The notes under the pieces: model-generated
The model's database searches: none
What the model was told of the DNA's origin: nothing
What the model saw: only the letters and a program-made list of their open reading frames with translations
Part shown: piece after piece, positions 1-19,010 of the stretch
Numbering within the stretch: the stretch's first letter is position 1
Layout: each line of letters opens with the position of its first letter
Position numbers and translations under genes: made by a program
Assembly: GCA_964016885.1 (NCBI GenBank)
Contig: OZ024751.1
Span: 13,950,001 to 14,014,000, forward strand
From: Eledone cirrhosa
Taxonomy: Eukaryota
Reading direction: 5' to 3'
Length of the DNA stretch: 64,000 nt

Positions 1-107
1 AAGAGGAAAGTGATTTTCCATTACATCTCTTCTTTCCATGATATCCGGAATACATTGAGTTCTTCATACGGATTGGACACTACCGTAAACTCTTGGTAGA
101 TTTATCT

Positions 108-2186
<2,079 letters not shown>

Positions 2187-3088
2187 CTAGGGCGGGTAAA
2201 ATTCCCGAGATCCATGGACGAGTTCTCTCCAGCGGTCTCAGTCCCTCATAATCGCTGCCATGTCCCGCGTCTCCAACAGACTAGTGTCTGTCCTTAGGGC
2301 ATCAACATACGTTAACGTTAGTCTTCCTCTTCCAGTGTGTCCATGTATGGGCTCCCACAAGAGCACTGAGTGCAATGTCAACTCTGGATGTCGGTGAGCA
2401 TGTCCAGCTAACATCAGTCTCCTCTGTGTCACTTTTGAGCTGACTTTTGGGATGCTCCCATACAGCTCTGAGTTTTTCATCCTCAGTGTATACTGATTAA
2501 TGTTCAGAGCCATCCTCAGCATTCTCGTGTAGCACCCATCCACCATCTGAGTGAGTTTCTTGGTCAGTGTCCAAGTCTCAGACCCGTACAACAGCACAGA
2601 CTCCACTACAGCAGTGACCAGGCGGATTTTCAGGTCTTTACGAAGGTCCTACTTCCACACCGATCTCAAGCTGTGGTGCGCCGCCCAGGCTTTGCTCTTC
2701 CTCTCAACCACATCATCTTCCGTATTCCCAATCTTTTCTCCCAAATACAGGAAGCCCTCAACCAATCCTAGCGGCTTCCCGCCTACATTAGTGACCCCCT
2801 GTGGCTTCTCAACATTCTCTACCAGATATTTTGTTTTAGTCTCATTCATTCTCAGCCCCACACTCATCAACATAGTCTCAACTTCCTGCATCAAATACTC
2901 TGCCTCCTTCACTGTATTTGTCACCAAAACTATGTCGTTGGCAAATTCAGCATCCGATATCTTTTTCGCCTTAACTCTCCTGCTCTGAGCCGGTGCTACA
3001 GTAAAGCCAGAGTCCTAGTGTTTCTCCAGTGTAAGGCGCATACAATAGTCCACTACGATGATAAAAAGGTAGGGAGCCAATGTATCTC
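2187..3088 (-). mobile_element. 5'-truncated, decayed RTE-clade LINE (RT C-terminal half and 3' end)
   Basis: Translates to [50 protein letters not shown]; near-identical to 40070-40922; ends at a microsatellite tail. Confidence 0.9.
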
Positions 3089-3097
3089 TATATACAA

Positions 3098-3142
<45 letters not shown>

Positions 3143-3144
3143 CA

Positions 3145-3210
<66 letters not shown>

Positions 3211-3237
3211 CATATATATATACATATATATATACAT

Positions 3238-3585
3238 ATCAACATCATCAACAGGTCGAGCTTGCTCGGCCTTCTACGACACGCTTCCTCCATCCATCTC
3301 TGTCTTTCATAGCGTTTGCCACTTCTTCCGCAGTATCGTCCACAAGTTTCATAGCGTTTGCCACTTCTTCCAGTATCGTCCACAAGTTGCTTGACGTATG
3401 TCTTCTTGGGACGACCAGCGTTTCTTGCTCCCTGAGATGGACTCCATAACAACACATCGCCTGCTATTTCTTTCTTGCTGCGCAACAGTGGCCAGCACAT
3501 ATTAGTCTCTGTTTACGTATTCACCTGCTGATAGGTGGTATATTGCCATAGAGATCCTTATTTGTTCGGTGTTCCCTCCAAGATA
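3238..3585 (-). mobile_element. 3' end of a second RTE-clade LINE family
   Basis: [29 protein letters not shown] and [11 protein letters not shown] are typical RTE C-terminal motifs; TGATGATG tail; short internal duplication. Confidence 0.8.
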
Positions 3586-3605
3586 CGTTTAAAGCATATA
3601 TATAG

Positions 3606-3679
<74 letters not shown>

Positions 3680-3702
3680 TATATACATATATATCTATAC
3701 AA

Positions 3703-3742
<40 letters not shown>

Positions 3743-3837
3743 TATATACATGTATATCTATACAAATATATATATATATATACAAATATATATATATATA
3801 TACATATATATCTATACAATATATATATATATATATG

Positions 3838-3873
<36 letters not shown>

Positions 3874-3888
3874 AATATATCTATACAA

Positions 3889-3936
<48 letters not shown>

Positions 3937-3955
3937 CAAATATATATATATACAA

Positions 3956-3988
<33 letters not shown>

Positions 3989-4034
3989 CAAATATATATA
4001 TATACAAATATATATATACACACACATATATATG

Positions 4035-4101
<67 letters not shown>

Positions 4102-4105
<4 letters not shown>

Positions 4106-4407
4106 AAGAAAAAGAGATGAAATCGAAAATGCAAGTGGAGTCTTATTTTTTTTTATATATATATATTTATTTGGTTCCTTTACCGGTTTCGCAGTTCTTC
4201 TGCTTTTCAAAGGTGAGTTGAGATGGAGGGTCTGTGGTTTTTTTCACATCTGATATGAGATGTGAGAAAAACTAGAGACCCTCCATCTCAACTCACCTTT
4301 TGAAAAGCAGAAGAACTGCGAAACCGGTAAAGGAACCAAATAAATATATATATTTTTTTAAAATAAGACTCCACTTGCATTTTCGATTTCATCGCTTTTT
4401 CTTTATA
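4102..4407. repeat. Fold-back inverted repeat (about 145-bp arms) carrying mirror-image hammerhead motifs
   Basis: 4102-4250 is the near-exact reverse complement of 4259-4407. Confidence 0.93.
4296..4333 (+). ncRNA. Minimal type-I hammerhead ribozyme, U3-A8 core variant (mirror copy 4177-4213 on -)
   Basis: CCTT-TTGAAAA-GCAG aagaa CTGC-GAAA-CCGG-TA-AAGG: stems I and II pair; stem III ACCGGT is palindromic. Confidence 0.7.
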
Positions 4408-4464
4408 CCTTCACTCCCTGTAGGACACCTCGGTTATTTTTCATTTTGTAAAAAAAAAACTCAC

Positions 4465-4495
<31 letters not shown>

Positions 4496-4561
4496 GTCTT
4501 TAAAGCGATGAAATACCAATGAAGGTTGAAAGAGCACTGATGAAGGACTAAATTTATTCAT

Positions 4562-4597
<36 letters not shown>

Positions 4598-4705
4598 TAT
4601 ATATATATATACATATATATATATAGAGATATATGTATACATATGTATACATATACATATATATATATATATATACATATATATATTGACTGTCACCACA
4701 CATTA

Positions 4706-4744
4706 TGAACCTGAAGATTGCGAAAGCATGAAAGTACTTGTTCA
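4706..4744 (+). ncRNA. Minimal type-I hammerhead ribozyme
   Basis: TGAAC-CTGAAGA-t TGC gaaa GCA t-GAAA-GTAC-TT-GTTCA: 5-bp stem I, GNRA-capped stem II, palindromic AGTACT stem III. Confidence 0.8.
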
Positions 4745-4856
4745 ATTAAAATTTAACATTTAATATTCTATCATACTATTTCATTCTAATACCATTATAA
4801 ATTTTAAAGGATTGTAAATAAAACGAGTAAATCAGGTAACGTTGGAATTCCTTTTA

Positions 4857-4938
<82 letters not shown>

Positions 4939-4969
4939 TATATACATATGTATATATATATGTATATAT

Positions 4970-5016
<47 letters not shown>

Positions 5017-5037
5017 TATAGATATATATATATATAG

Positions 5038-5098
<61 letters not shown>

Positions 5099-5145
5099 TA
5101 TATATATATAGATATATATACATAGATATATATAGATATATATAG

Positions 5146-5198
<53 letters not shown>

Positions 5199-5259
5199 TA
5201 GATATAGATAGATATATATATATAGATATAGATATATATACATATATATATAGATATAG

Positions 5260-5344
<85 letters not shown>

Positions 5345-5359
5345 CTATATATATATATC

Positions 5360-5401
<42 letters not shown>

Positions 5402-5488
5402 CATATATGTATATATATATATATCTATATATATATATATATATACATATATCTATATATATATATACATATATATATACATTTATAC

Positions 5489-5569
<81 letters not shown>

Positions 5570-5810
5570 GATATATATACATATATAAATATATATACAT
5601 ATATAAATATATATACATATATAATATATAATACATATATATATACATATATATATCTTTATATATATATATAGATATATATACATATATAAATATATAT
5701 ATATATATATAGATATATATACATATATAAATATATATACATATATATATACATATATATATATATATACATATATATATACATATATATATATATACAT
5801 ATATATATAC

Positions 5811-5897
<87 letters not shown>

Positions 5898-5928
5898 CAT
5901 ATATAAATATATATACATATATATATAC

Positions 5929-5963
<35 letters not shown>

Positions 5964-6251
5964 TATATATAACATCCATGAGCTTGGCTGGTCACGCTTT
6001 GGGATCCAGCTGGATCAGTTAGAGATGTTTGCTACTGACAGACTCGCTGGAAGGAGTGTTTGAGGAGGACTCTGCCTCCCCCCCCTTCTCAGAAATAAGT
6101 GGGCGAAGAAGATATTGTCAATTTACTTTTCAATTTACATATATCTATATGCATATATTTCGTTTCTGAATTTGAGCACGCAACCCACACACAAACAAAA
6201 TGGCGTAGGATAGAAGAAAGGAAAGGCACAGAAACGAAGAAAGAAATCCCC

Positions 6252-6296
6252 AGTCACTGAAGAGGTCACAGAGTGTGTGACGAAAGAACTATGACT
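6252..6296 (+). ncRNA. Type-I hammerhead ribozyme (mirror copy 10367-10411 on -)
   Basis: AGTCA-CTGAAGA-g GTCACA gagtg TGTGAC-GAAA-GAAC-TA-TGACT; perfect stems I and II. Confidence 0.8.
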
Positions 6297-6634
6297 ATAT
6301 ATATATAAACAACTATCTGGTTGTGGAACCAACCAACCAACCAGAAATTTATAAATTTGTAAATTTATAAATATATAATAAATTAAATTGAAGTGAAAGC
6401 AACTGGTGCGTGTGTTTCTTATTGGCAACATGACCCTCCCAAAGTATAACAATATATGCATATATATTTAGTATAATACCAATATGCACACTACATATGC
6501 CAACAGAAAACAGATAACCGCCCGATTGGCGGTTTTTCTGTTAGTTATTAATAATGTTATATCGTGCAATGAGCATACTCGATAACGAGGGGGCACCCGT
6601 CACACACACACACACACATGTGTGTGTGTGTGTG

Positions 6635-6687
<53 letters not shown>

Positions 6688-6816
6688 GTATATATATATA
6701 TGTATATATGTATATATATATATATGTATATATGTATATATATATGTATATATGTATATATATATGTATATAAATATGTATATATGTATATATGTATATA
6801 TGTATATATGTATATA

Positions 6817-6907
<91 letters not shown>

Positions 6908-6980
6908 GTATATGTATATGTATGTATATATATATGTATGTATGTATAAATATATGTATGTATATATATATATATGTATA

Positions 6981-7049
<69 letters not shown>

Positions 7050-7304
7050 ATACATATATATATTCATTCAGGTTTGAGGTTCACCACTGTATAGAGCTGG
7101 TCTATTCCGTATGGTCGATCGTAATGTAATAATATAGTGAGTACTCAACGTAAAGCAGTTCAACCGTCTTTGTTTTTGTAGTTGGTGGTGCTATTACGGA
7201 GGCGACTGGCTGAGGTTGAAGAAGCAGGATAGCGGTCGCCCTCGGGTCCTCGATTTTCAGCCCCCTGGATTTTATCTATTATATATTCACGTATTATATT
7301 TCGA

Positions 7305-7362
7305 ATACCTGATGATATCACCGGATTCATACGGAACCCGGTCATTGAAATGATCATAGTAT
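7305..7362 (+). ncRNA. Type-I hammerhead ribozyme (paralogue at 37632-37687)
   Basis: ATAC-CTGATGA-stem II (ACCGG..TTC/GAA..CCGGT)-GAAA-TGATCA-TA-GTAT; palindromic ATGATCAT stem III. Confidence 0.72.
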
Positions 7363-7410
7363 AATAAACCTTTCAAGGATTTACACAAATCCAGCCTCCT
7401 GTCATTTCAT

Positions 7411-10045
<2,635 letters not shown>

Positions 10046-10582
10046 ACACGTTTGTGTGTGACGGGTGGCCCCTCGTTATCGAGTATGCTCATTGCACGAT
10101 ATAACATTACTAATAACTAACAGAAAAACCGCCAATCGGGCGGTTTTCTGTTTTCTGTTGGCATATGTAGTGTGCATATTGGTATTATACTAAATATATA
10201 TGCATATATTGTTATACTTTGGGAGGGTCATGTTGCCAATAAGAAACACACGCACCAGTTGCTTTCACTTCAATTTAATTTATTATATATTTATAAATTT
10301 ACAAATTTATAAATTTCTGGTTGGTTGGTTGGTTCCACAACCAGATAGTTGTTTATATATATATATAGTCATAGTTCTTTCGTCACACACTCTGTGACCT
10401 CTTCAGTGACTGGGGATTTCTTTCTTCGTTTCTGTGCCTTTCCTTTCTTCTATCCTACGCCATTTTGTTTGTGTGTGGGTTGCGTGCTCAAATTCAGAAA
10501 CGAAATATATGCATATAGATATATGTAAATTGAAAAGTAAATTGACAATATCTTCTTCGCCCACTTATTTCTGAGAAGGGGG

Positions 10583-11110
10583 GGAGGCAGAGTCCTCCTC
10601 AAACACTCCTTCCAGCGAGTCTGTCAGTAGCAAACATCTCTAACTGATCCAGCTGGATCCCAAAGCGTGACCAGCCAAGCTCATGGATGTTATCTAACTA
10701 TCTTGCTCAGGGTCTACCTCCGGGTTTCTTGCCGGTTGGTTTTGCCTGTAAAATGTGTCCAGCGATTCTTTACTGAGACATTCTAACCACATACTCATAA
10801 TATCGGATTTGTGATCTCTCAATTCGGAGAAGTAGCGGCTCTACCAGGAGTGACTCTCTGGTCTCTGAGCTAAGCACTTTATCGAGTAACGTTACTCCAA
10901 AACCCTTCGGAGGAATCCCATTTCTGCCACTTTTATTTGCAATTGTATTCTTTTGGTCATTACTCAAGATTCATGATCCACGGTAAGAGTTGGCAGGAAT
11001 ACCAGGAAGGCAGCGAGTTTGGCTTTTACACCCCCACCCCCTGCACTTAATTCAGCCTCCTGCATTCCATCACTCATGAACACGGCTTCAAGATACTTGA
11101 ACTTCTCTAA
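10583..11110 (-). mobile_element. Decayed 3' fragment of an RTE-clade (Expander-like) LINE
   Basis: EKFKYLEAVFMSDG, VEPLLLRIERSQIRYYEYVVRM and KPTGKKPGGRP-like motifs with stops and frameshifts. Confidence 0.75.
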
Positions 11111-11339
11111 TTGTTTCAGTATAACTCCATTCACATGTATATAAATTTGAGGGGCCTCTGTCCATCACGCAATGTGATGTGTATGTGTGTTTGTGTGAAT
11201 GTATGTGTGTGTAAAAGGAAGGAAAGGAATACACACATATATATGTCTAACTTAAAAACAGTGACACACACACGTGTCTCTAATTTAAGAACGCCGACAA
11301 ACTCACGTGCGCGCACATACACACACTGGCCTATTACCA

Positions 11340-11930
11340 CTCAAGAGCTTTGGCCCGGGCAAACATCCCCTCAATTTTGGGACCGTCTGGGTTGTCCAGA
11401 ATTGATGGGAAAAGACTTGACGGTCTTACTCTTTTGCTTCTTCCCACATTTTGGATACAACGAACAAAACAAAATCCTAAAATACCGTGTTTGTCAGATA
11501 ACTACATTATCCAGCCGGTGGCATTCGAGACGTTTGGGGGAGTCGGGCTACTGACAGCAAGATGTTTATCTTCACTGGTGGCTCGCCAAACAGAGGTAAC
11601 TGGTGATGCTCGTGAGAGCACTTGGTTGTTCCAGCACCTCAGCGTCGCCATCACCCCAGGTAACGCTGTGAGCGTGCTGGCCTGCCTCAAAAATTATTAG
11701 AGAGGTTTCCCAGTGCTCCTCGCTATATTGCTATATTTTGCACTGGTAGCGGCTCGTTTTTCCACTCTTTCGCCTGCATTTCGTTCTATGTGGCCTAAGA
11801 TGTGTGTATTTTTTCTCTTTCTTCTTTTTCTTTCCCTTTCCTGTGTATATATTATATGTGTTAGTGTTTTCGTTCTGTAACCATTATATTAAATGAGCTT
11901 TTTAAAAAAAGAGTTAATAAATAAATAAAA
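11340..11930 (+). mobile_element. CRE-clade-like non-LTR retrotransposon 3' end (restriction-like endonuclease remnant)
   Basis: GLSRIDGKRLDGLTL, PVAFETFG, TGDARESTWLFQHLSVAITPGNAVSVL resemble the CRE C-terminal PD..(D/E)xK region; AATAA tail. Confidence 0.75.
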
Positions 11931-12572
11931 CATACTTGTTTTACCCTCCCATTTCCAATTCACCGAACGTTGCTATCATGACTGTATGTGTATGTTTGTG
12001 TAAATGTATATGTGTGAATGTATGTTTGTGTGAAAGTATGTGTGAATGTATGTGTATTTGCGTGGATGTATGTCCGTGAGTGTGTATTTTTATAAGTTTG
12101 TGTTTTCGCGATTATTGTTATATACTCATAATAGTTATATACTCATACATATAGATGTATGCATATGCACACTCATACGCGTGAGCGTGTAGAAAATTAT
12201 AATCTCTCTATCTCTCTCATCACACACTCTCTCTTTCTATATATATGGTAGTTAAAGTGGTGATGGTGGTGACGATATACGGGAAGTGTAGAGATTTGAA
12301 ACTTTGAAAAGAAGTAAATTTTAAATTATTTATGTTTACGAAATTTAGTACATAAATTATGTAATATTCATTCATTTACTAACTGGATTAAAAGAAATAA
12401 ACCGTACGCAGTCCCGCAGTCCTTACTTTATTATAGTTTAGATTGTCAATTAATGCTATCGTGCAATGCCTGTGCGTGAAGAATGTTTTTAAAGTGAACT
12501 TATCAACGGTGAAACAAAACATATGTAATATGTTATGATGCAACACTGATTCTTTGTTCCTTTATTCTTATA

Positions 12573-12616
<44 letters not shown>

Positions 12617-13080
12617 CTGGTATGTCAAAGTAATACCATTGAACAACCCAGTTTCATAGACACCCTATATATTTCCAGGGGTACTTAGTACCCGTGGGCA
12701 TATTAACTTCATTTAATATTCTCCGTTATGTAGAGAACAAATCTGTTGTTCTATTTAGCTGCTATTTTTAGTGGTGAGATGTTTACTATGTTTACTTCCG
12801 CTTTTGCTACGGACTGGTTCATGTATAGGTCAAATTTCGGCCTCTTTCGATCCTGTACTAGCTAGTAGAAGGCAATATATTTTGCCGTTCCTGGGACTTT
12901 TTGCCCTAGGAAAGGAAAATGCTTTCCGAAGATCTTCTCTTTTCCATTGGAGATCCCATGGATTTCTAATGTTTTGTGAAGTGAAACTGATCAGTAAAAG
13001 CACCGGAGTGGGTAAATATTTAAATTATATATTTTTTTTTTTTTTTTTTATTGTTTGAATTTTGCTTGTTCTGCTTATCT

Positions 13081-13193
<113 letters not shown>

Positions 13194-13285
13194 ACTGGAA
13201 GGTAATATCCGTAGTGGTAGAGCACTTAGTCCATGTGACGAGTTTGGCAGTACCGGTAGAGCATCAGGCAGCATAGAGTATGAGT

Positions 13286-13326
13286 CCGAACTGAAGATCC
13301 GTTTAAGGTGAAACAATTGTTCTCGG
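13286..13326 (+). ncRNA. Minimal type-I hammerhead ribozyme
   Basis: CCGAa-CTGAAGA-tCCgtttaaGGt-GAAA-CAATTG-TT-cTCGG; palindromic ACAATTGT stem III; weak stem II. Confidence 0.6.
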
Positions 13327-13369
13327 TATGATGAACTAACTGTTGTGTTACTACTTATATATATATATA

Positions 13370-13975
13370 TACCAGTTATTTGAGGGAAGGTAAAGTAGAT
13401 ATCTACCTCAGTACTTAACTGGTGCTTTATTTTATCGATTCTGTAAAGCTGAATGGACAATCCATCGTCTTTTTTCAAGGATTTAATAAATGTTTCTGGT
13501 TTTGGTAAAGGCCAGCAATTACCCCAGTGCATTATCGATCCCGTAACGATGAAAGGCAAAATTAACCTCGACGGGATTTGAACTCGGAACGTAAAGGTTC
13601 ATAACTCTATGCTGCAAAGCATGGTGTTTTACGCTCTACCGATGCTGCCAATCCAACACCTTTTCAAGGATTTAATAATTGTTTCTACTTTTGGCACACG
13701 GCCAGCAATTATCTCAGTGTATTACTGGTGCTTTATTTTATCGAGCTCATTTATTTTATATTAACTCAGAGCGTAAAGGGTCATAATTCTATGCCGCAAA
13801 ACATTGTCCGACGCTCTACCGATACTACCACTCTACCCAGACAATAATACCCCGTAAGGATGAAAGGCAAAGTTAACCCCGGCGGGATTTGAACTGGGAA
13901 CGTAAAGGGCCATAACTCTATGCTGCCTGACGCTCTACCGATGCTGCCAATCCAATACCTTTTCAAGGAAGTAAT
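13370..13975 (-). mobile_element. Cluster of about four partial tRNA-derived SINE copies
   Basis: Reverse complement carries A-box-like TGGCAGCATCGG, B-box GAGTTCAAATCC and the GCCTTTCATC..TCGATAAAATAAAG core. Confidence 0.85.
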
Positions 13976-14699
13976 AATGGAAACCTACTCTGATTTGAAA
14001 CCGGCTCTCAGTCGAAGAACTGTTTTGTGTTCGTAGATTAGAAACATGTACAGATTTGTGTGTATTTTAAACCGAATTGACCTACAGGGAAACAATTTTC
14101 TAGCTTAGAAAGAATTATACATTCTTAATGTGACATATATTATCACGGAATAAAATATAGAAATTTATCCATGTGTATAATCCACAGCTGCGTCATCAAA
14201 ACTAAACTCTCTCTATGCTTCATCAACCGAATGACATCAAACCGTCCGAAACCGCCTCCGCCATACAAAGCTGTTTATTTTAAAGTGTTTATATTTACCT
14301 AAAAAAAAATACCTTCTCTCATAATTTTATGTAAGAACCTTTGTGAAGTTATGCTCCTAATAGCAGATAATTAATGAGAAATTTAGTTATATTACTAATT
14401 CCCTGCAAATTACTGATTATTTTGCGTTATAGTAACACTGAAACATTTATATTTGAGGCAATATATTTAGACAATTATTTGTTATATAAATGTTTGATGC
14501 TTATATTTTTCTATTAACACAATAGATATGTAAAAATATATCATGTAAATATAATTCAATAGAAAAAGAAAAAAAAATGAGATTGAGAAGAAAGAATGGA
14601 ATATAAAATAAGAAAATATCGACAGCCGATCGACTTTCGTCAAATCAGACCGAGGAAACAATGTTTCCATAAGTCTTTCCAATTGCTAATACTATCTAT

Positions 14700-14840
14700 C
14701 GGTCGCAACTCCAGGTAGAAGGAGCAACGTGAAATAAAGTGTCTTGATCAAGGACATAACGCATCGCCCGGTCCAGGAATCGAACTCACAACCTCACGAT
14801 TGCGAATCCAATTCTCTTACCAGTCAGCCACACGCCTTCA
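14700..14840 (-). mobile_element. tRNA-derived SINE head, second family (same as 47430-47759)
   Basis: B-box GAGTTCGATTCC and CCTTGATCAAGACACTTTATTTCACGTTGCTCC on the minus strand. Confidence 0.8.
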
Positions 14841-15462
14841 CATAATATAAAAGAAAATATAAAAGACGGAAAAGGAAGAGAAAGGCAAGGGCTCTAGTGT
14901 CACATAAGGAAGAGGGGGGTGATTAGGCCCTGGGCCTAGGGCGCGGCGGTAATGGGGATGCGCTCTGCGTATAAGACCGCAAAAACATTCAAAATGCTTT
15001 GAAAATCACGGGCAGTGTCTTTCATTAGAAATATGGCGAGGAAAGTATTTTAAACACTATAGATGGAGGTCAGCGTTGTAGACATAAACTGGTATGTTCT
15101 CCAACAAACTGGAACAACCACAAGAATAAGTAGGACAATGAAAAAACATATTAATCACTTTAAGAATTCTCTGAAGTATTTGAAAATATAGACATTTTTC
15201 ACCTGGCAATGATAAATAGAGGGCATATGTGGTGTGTGTTGTCATCTCCTCCCATCCAGAAGCCATTGTTGTGTTTATCATCCCTCCTTAGATCTGGACA
15301 CAGCCGATTTCTTCAGTAGAGAGAGCGGGGAGAATCGATCTTTGTACAGGGCGGATACATTTTTTTTTTATTGCTCATTAAGGGATGACAGGCGTAGTTA
15401 ACCACGATTTGCTGAATTTTAGTTCTTATTCTCTCTCTCTATATAAATATATATATATATAT

Positions 15463-15668
15463 ATAGGAAAAAGTATGACCCCGACGGCAGAGCTCAAGCC
15501 GTTTCGACGGCTATTTCTGGACTAACTACCAGAAATAGCCGTCGAAACGGCTTGAGCTCTGCCGTCGGGGTCATACTTGTTCCTATTTCTCACTCTACTA
15601 CCCTAAGTATTGAGTACTCTGGTGCGTTATGGTCCATCCATCTGGTTCCTTACCACAGTTCTTTTGTT
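15463..15668 (+). mobile_element. Fold-back element: palindrome 15463-15586 plus tail with TTGAGTACT, between (AT)n tracts; family members at 25540-25600, 32930-32985 and 33080-33122
   Basis: 58-bp near-perfect arms around an 8-nt loop; contains GAAACGGC but no CTGANGA core. Confidence 0.75.
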
Positions 15669-15845
15669 ATATATATATATATATATATATAGCTTCTACG
15701 GGACTAGAACTGTTTCATTCGAAGGACATCAGGAAAGCTTTCCTGATATTCTATTCCTGTAAAAGCCATTTCTCTATTAAATATTTATACTCTGCTATGT
15801 ATTGAGTACCTTACTTACTGTGATTACTCCCGATTGAACCCGGGA

Positions 15846-15948
<103 letters not shown>

Positions 15949-16774
15949 TAAGTTTGAAGAATAGGCAGATCAAATTTACCTAATTTTTCTTCTTAGGTGC
16001 GGAGAAATTAACTAAATAAATAATCAACTAAACGGAGCTAAGTTTATTATTGAAAAAATAATAGATAAATGTTTACCAATATTCTTCTAGCCCCGACTGT
16101 CGACAGTTTCGCTTGTGCTAAGTGGAAAGTGGTCATAATATATGTGTGTGTGTGTGTACATATTTATACACACACACACATATATTTAATTAGATTAAAG
16201 ATGCCATGTCTGAGAATATATATACACATCCGACGGAACTACCTCAGGAACTTACCCACGAACATACACTCACCTTTTTTTTTCGCACCACGCCACCCAC
16301 ATCCACACCACATATAAACACAAACACACACGTGCGTACCCCTCACATATATACACACTCAACCTCCGGAATCCACACGCCGCCTCCCCCACCCCCTGAC
16401 CCCTCTCCTTCCACACGCACGCACACACCGACATACACCCCACCCCACGCACACACCTTTTCCTGAACATGGAACCTCGTGCTTCCTCAAACTATCACAT
16501 ACACACGCACACACACTCACGTACACCTACACACATACACATACACCACCTTCAGCCTTCCCCACTTCGACCCCCCGCCTCCCTCTCCCAACTCCACCCG
16601 CCACCACCCTTACACGCCTCACAGCCTTCCACCATTTGTTCATCTTATTGTTTATTCTTATGTTTATTTTTACGTTTATTTTTATTTTTTTATTTGTTCT
16701 CCTTCCCCCTTTTTTCTAAATGTATTTCCACCCCTCCTCTACACACTCTCTGAACTCTCTTCTTAACCTATTTA

Positions 16775-16808
16775 CTCCTGAAGAAGGGCTTATGCCTGAA
16801 ACGTCGTT
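16775..16808 (+). ncRNA. Minimal hammerhead motif with weak stem I
   Basis: CTGAAGA-a GGGC ttat GCCT-GAAA-CG-TC. Confidence 0.6.
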
Positions 16809-17413
16809 ACCCCCCCCCCCCCCCGACTCAAAAGCGTGAACCTTATAAACCTTTATTTGTCTGCCTCTCTGTTTTGTTCCCGTATAAATTTGCACTATAT
16901 AGATATGTATATACACGTTGCGTGCGTGCGTGTGAGTCAGGGTTCATCATTCCAGCATATAGTAGGTAACTCTTCACATAATATCCTGGCTCGTTACTGT
17001 GACAACAGCTTCTTTATTTAGTTAATTAGTTAATTATTTATTTTCTATGAAATAAAACTAATTTCTACCGTGAAGCGATGAGGTTTTGAATCACCTGACT
17101 GCTATTGAAATAGCTTTGAATCATCAGATTACTATTATTATCTTGTATTTGACTGATCTGGAACTTTCTAGAAATTCCGCCACTCCCCCTTTCCCTCTCA
17201 CATTGCCTGGAACTTTCTGACACTCCCACGTCCATACAAACCTGGAGATTTCAAGATAATATGACACTCACCTGGAACTTTCTAGAAATTTTGACTTAAA
17301 ATTTGACACTGCCCGCTCACACTAAGCTGGAAATTTCTAGAAAATTTGGCACTCCTCCGCCCACACTAAGCTGGACACCTCACCCGACCACACATAGAGG
17401 TATATATAACATA

Positions 17414-18013
17414 CTAGCAGTGGTACCCGGCGTTGCACGGGATAAGGTATTTTAGAACGCCGGCCGCCAACAGACCTAATCGTGGAAAAACTGCATGCTG
17501 GACAATATGTAAAGAAAATTAACCGAATACTCGGATGACTGGATAATCTTTAAGATTTTCCTCAATGAAGCAGGGAAAATGCAGGTTTTCACCTAATGCG
17601 GGCCCTAGGGGATCAAGAAAATAAAAAAATTTTATGTGCGTAATATGCCTTGAAATTTCGGGAAAATCGGCTAGACGTAACGCCTCAAAAAAGCCCTAAA
17701 AAGCTGAAAAAATGAAGGTTTTCACCTAATGCGGGCCCTAGGCCATAAAAAAGTTGGATTTTCTTTGCTTACGGTATGAAGAAGAGACTGACTAATACTT
17801 AGTTCCAATTTCAAGGAAATCGGTCTGACATAGCGCCTCAAAAAGCCCATAAAAAGCTGAAAAATGCAGTTTTTCACCTAATGCGGGCCCTAGGAGATCA
17901 AAAAGTTGAATTTTTCTATGTGCATAACACTCCCTGAAACATAAGTAATACACATGTAAAGTTTGAAAAAGGTCGGTTGGGTACTTCTGGAGTTTTAGGG
18001 ATTCACACACACA

Positions 18014-18100
<87 letters not shown>

Positions 18101-18406
18101 CCCCAGGGAAGTGACGTAATGCAGACAGTCAGACATACAGACAGATATAATAAGGGCGCGACGTTATATGTATGTATCTATTTAAAAAGAGAAAGACTAA
18201 GAATTATAGAGAGAGATCGCTAAATCGCCTAATGCGGTCCCTAGGGCAATGAAAATTTGAAATTTTGTTTGCTCAGAACACTCCCTGAAACATAAGTATT
18301 ACATGTGTAAAGTTTGAAAACAGTCGGTTGGGTACTTCTCTAGTTTTAGGGATTCAAACTCACACACAGACACAGACAGACATCCTCAGTTTTATATATA
18401 TATAGA
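17414..18406 (-). mobile_element. Non-autonomous Helitron
   Basis: Minus strand starts TCTATATATATATAAAACTGAGG, has TCTG/TG repeats, and ends with hairpin CCCGTGCAACGCCGGG then CTAG followed by T. Confidence 0.82.
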
Positions 18407-18911
18407 CTAGCAGAAAACCACCCGGTGGGCGGTTTTCTGCTAGCAAATCTAGTGTATATACTGATATTGTTGAGATTTGGATGAGAAATGTTTTCGGCAC
18501 CACATGTTCACCGTCTCTCGGTGTGTCTTTTATGCATGTATAAATATATATGTTATCTATACGGTGAAATCTTTGAAATAAATATATGTTAAAACGAAAA
18601 AGGAGAAAAAGAGATTAGTGACGGAAATATAAACGTTATGATACATAAACGTTATGATATAACGATGGAAATATATCTTCAAATGGTCCTTGGCATGGTG
18701 TCAAGTCAGAACCGCCTCGAACTGGTTACTTCTGGCTTGTGCAAGGTGTCTCTATAGCAACCAGCGATTCCCTCGACCTCAGTGACCAAAGTCAGTGGAG
18801 AGGGGAAGGTAATGTTTCTATAGCGACAGTGTTTCTCTTGGTAGTACCAAAGTGGGGAAAGGAAGGGGAAGGTAATATTTCTGTAACACCTACATTTGAG
18901 TTTTAGGGAAG

Positions 18912-18953
<42 letters not shown>

Positions 18954-18971
18954 GAAATGCCCATATATTTC

Positions 18972-19010
<39 letters not shown>

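Larger units (their letters stand above)
3598..5968. repeat. Interrupted (AT)n microsatellite tracts with short unique islands at 4102-4470, 4495-4560 and 4686-4860
   Basis: Direct inspection. Confidence 0.9.

Noticed and set aside
12660-12710. Hairpin plus GAAATATATA on the minus strand
   Set aside because: CTGANGA core absent; similar half motifs at 4538 and 58494 lack the GAAA half.
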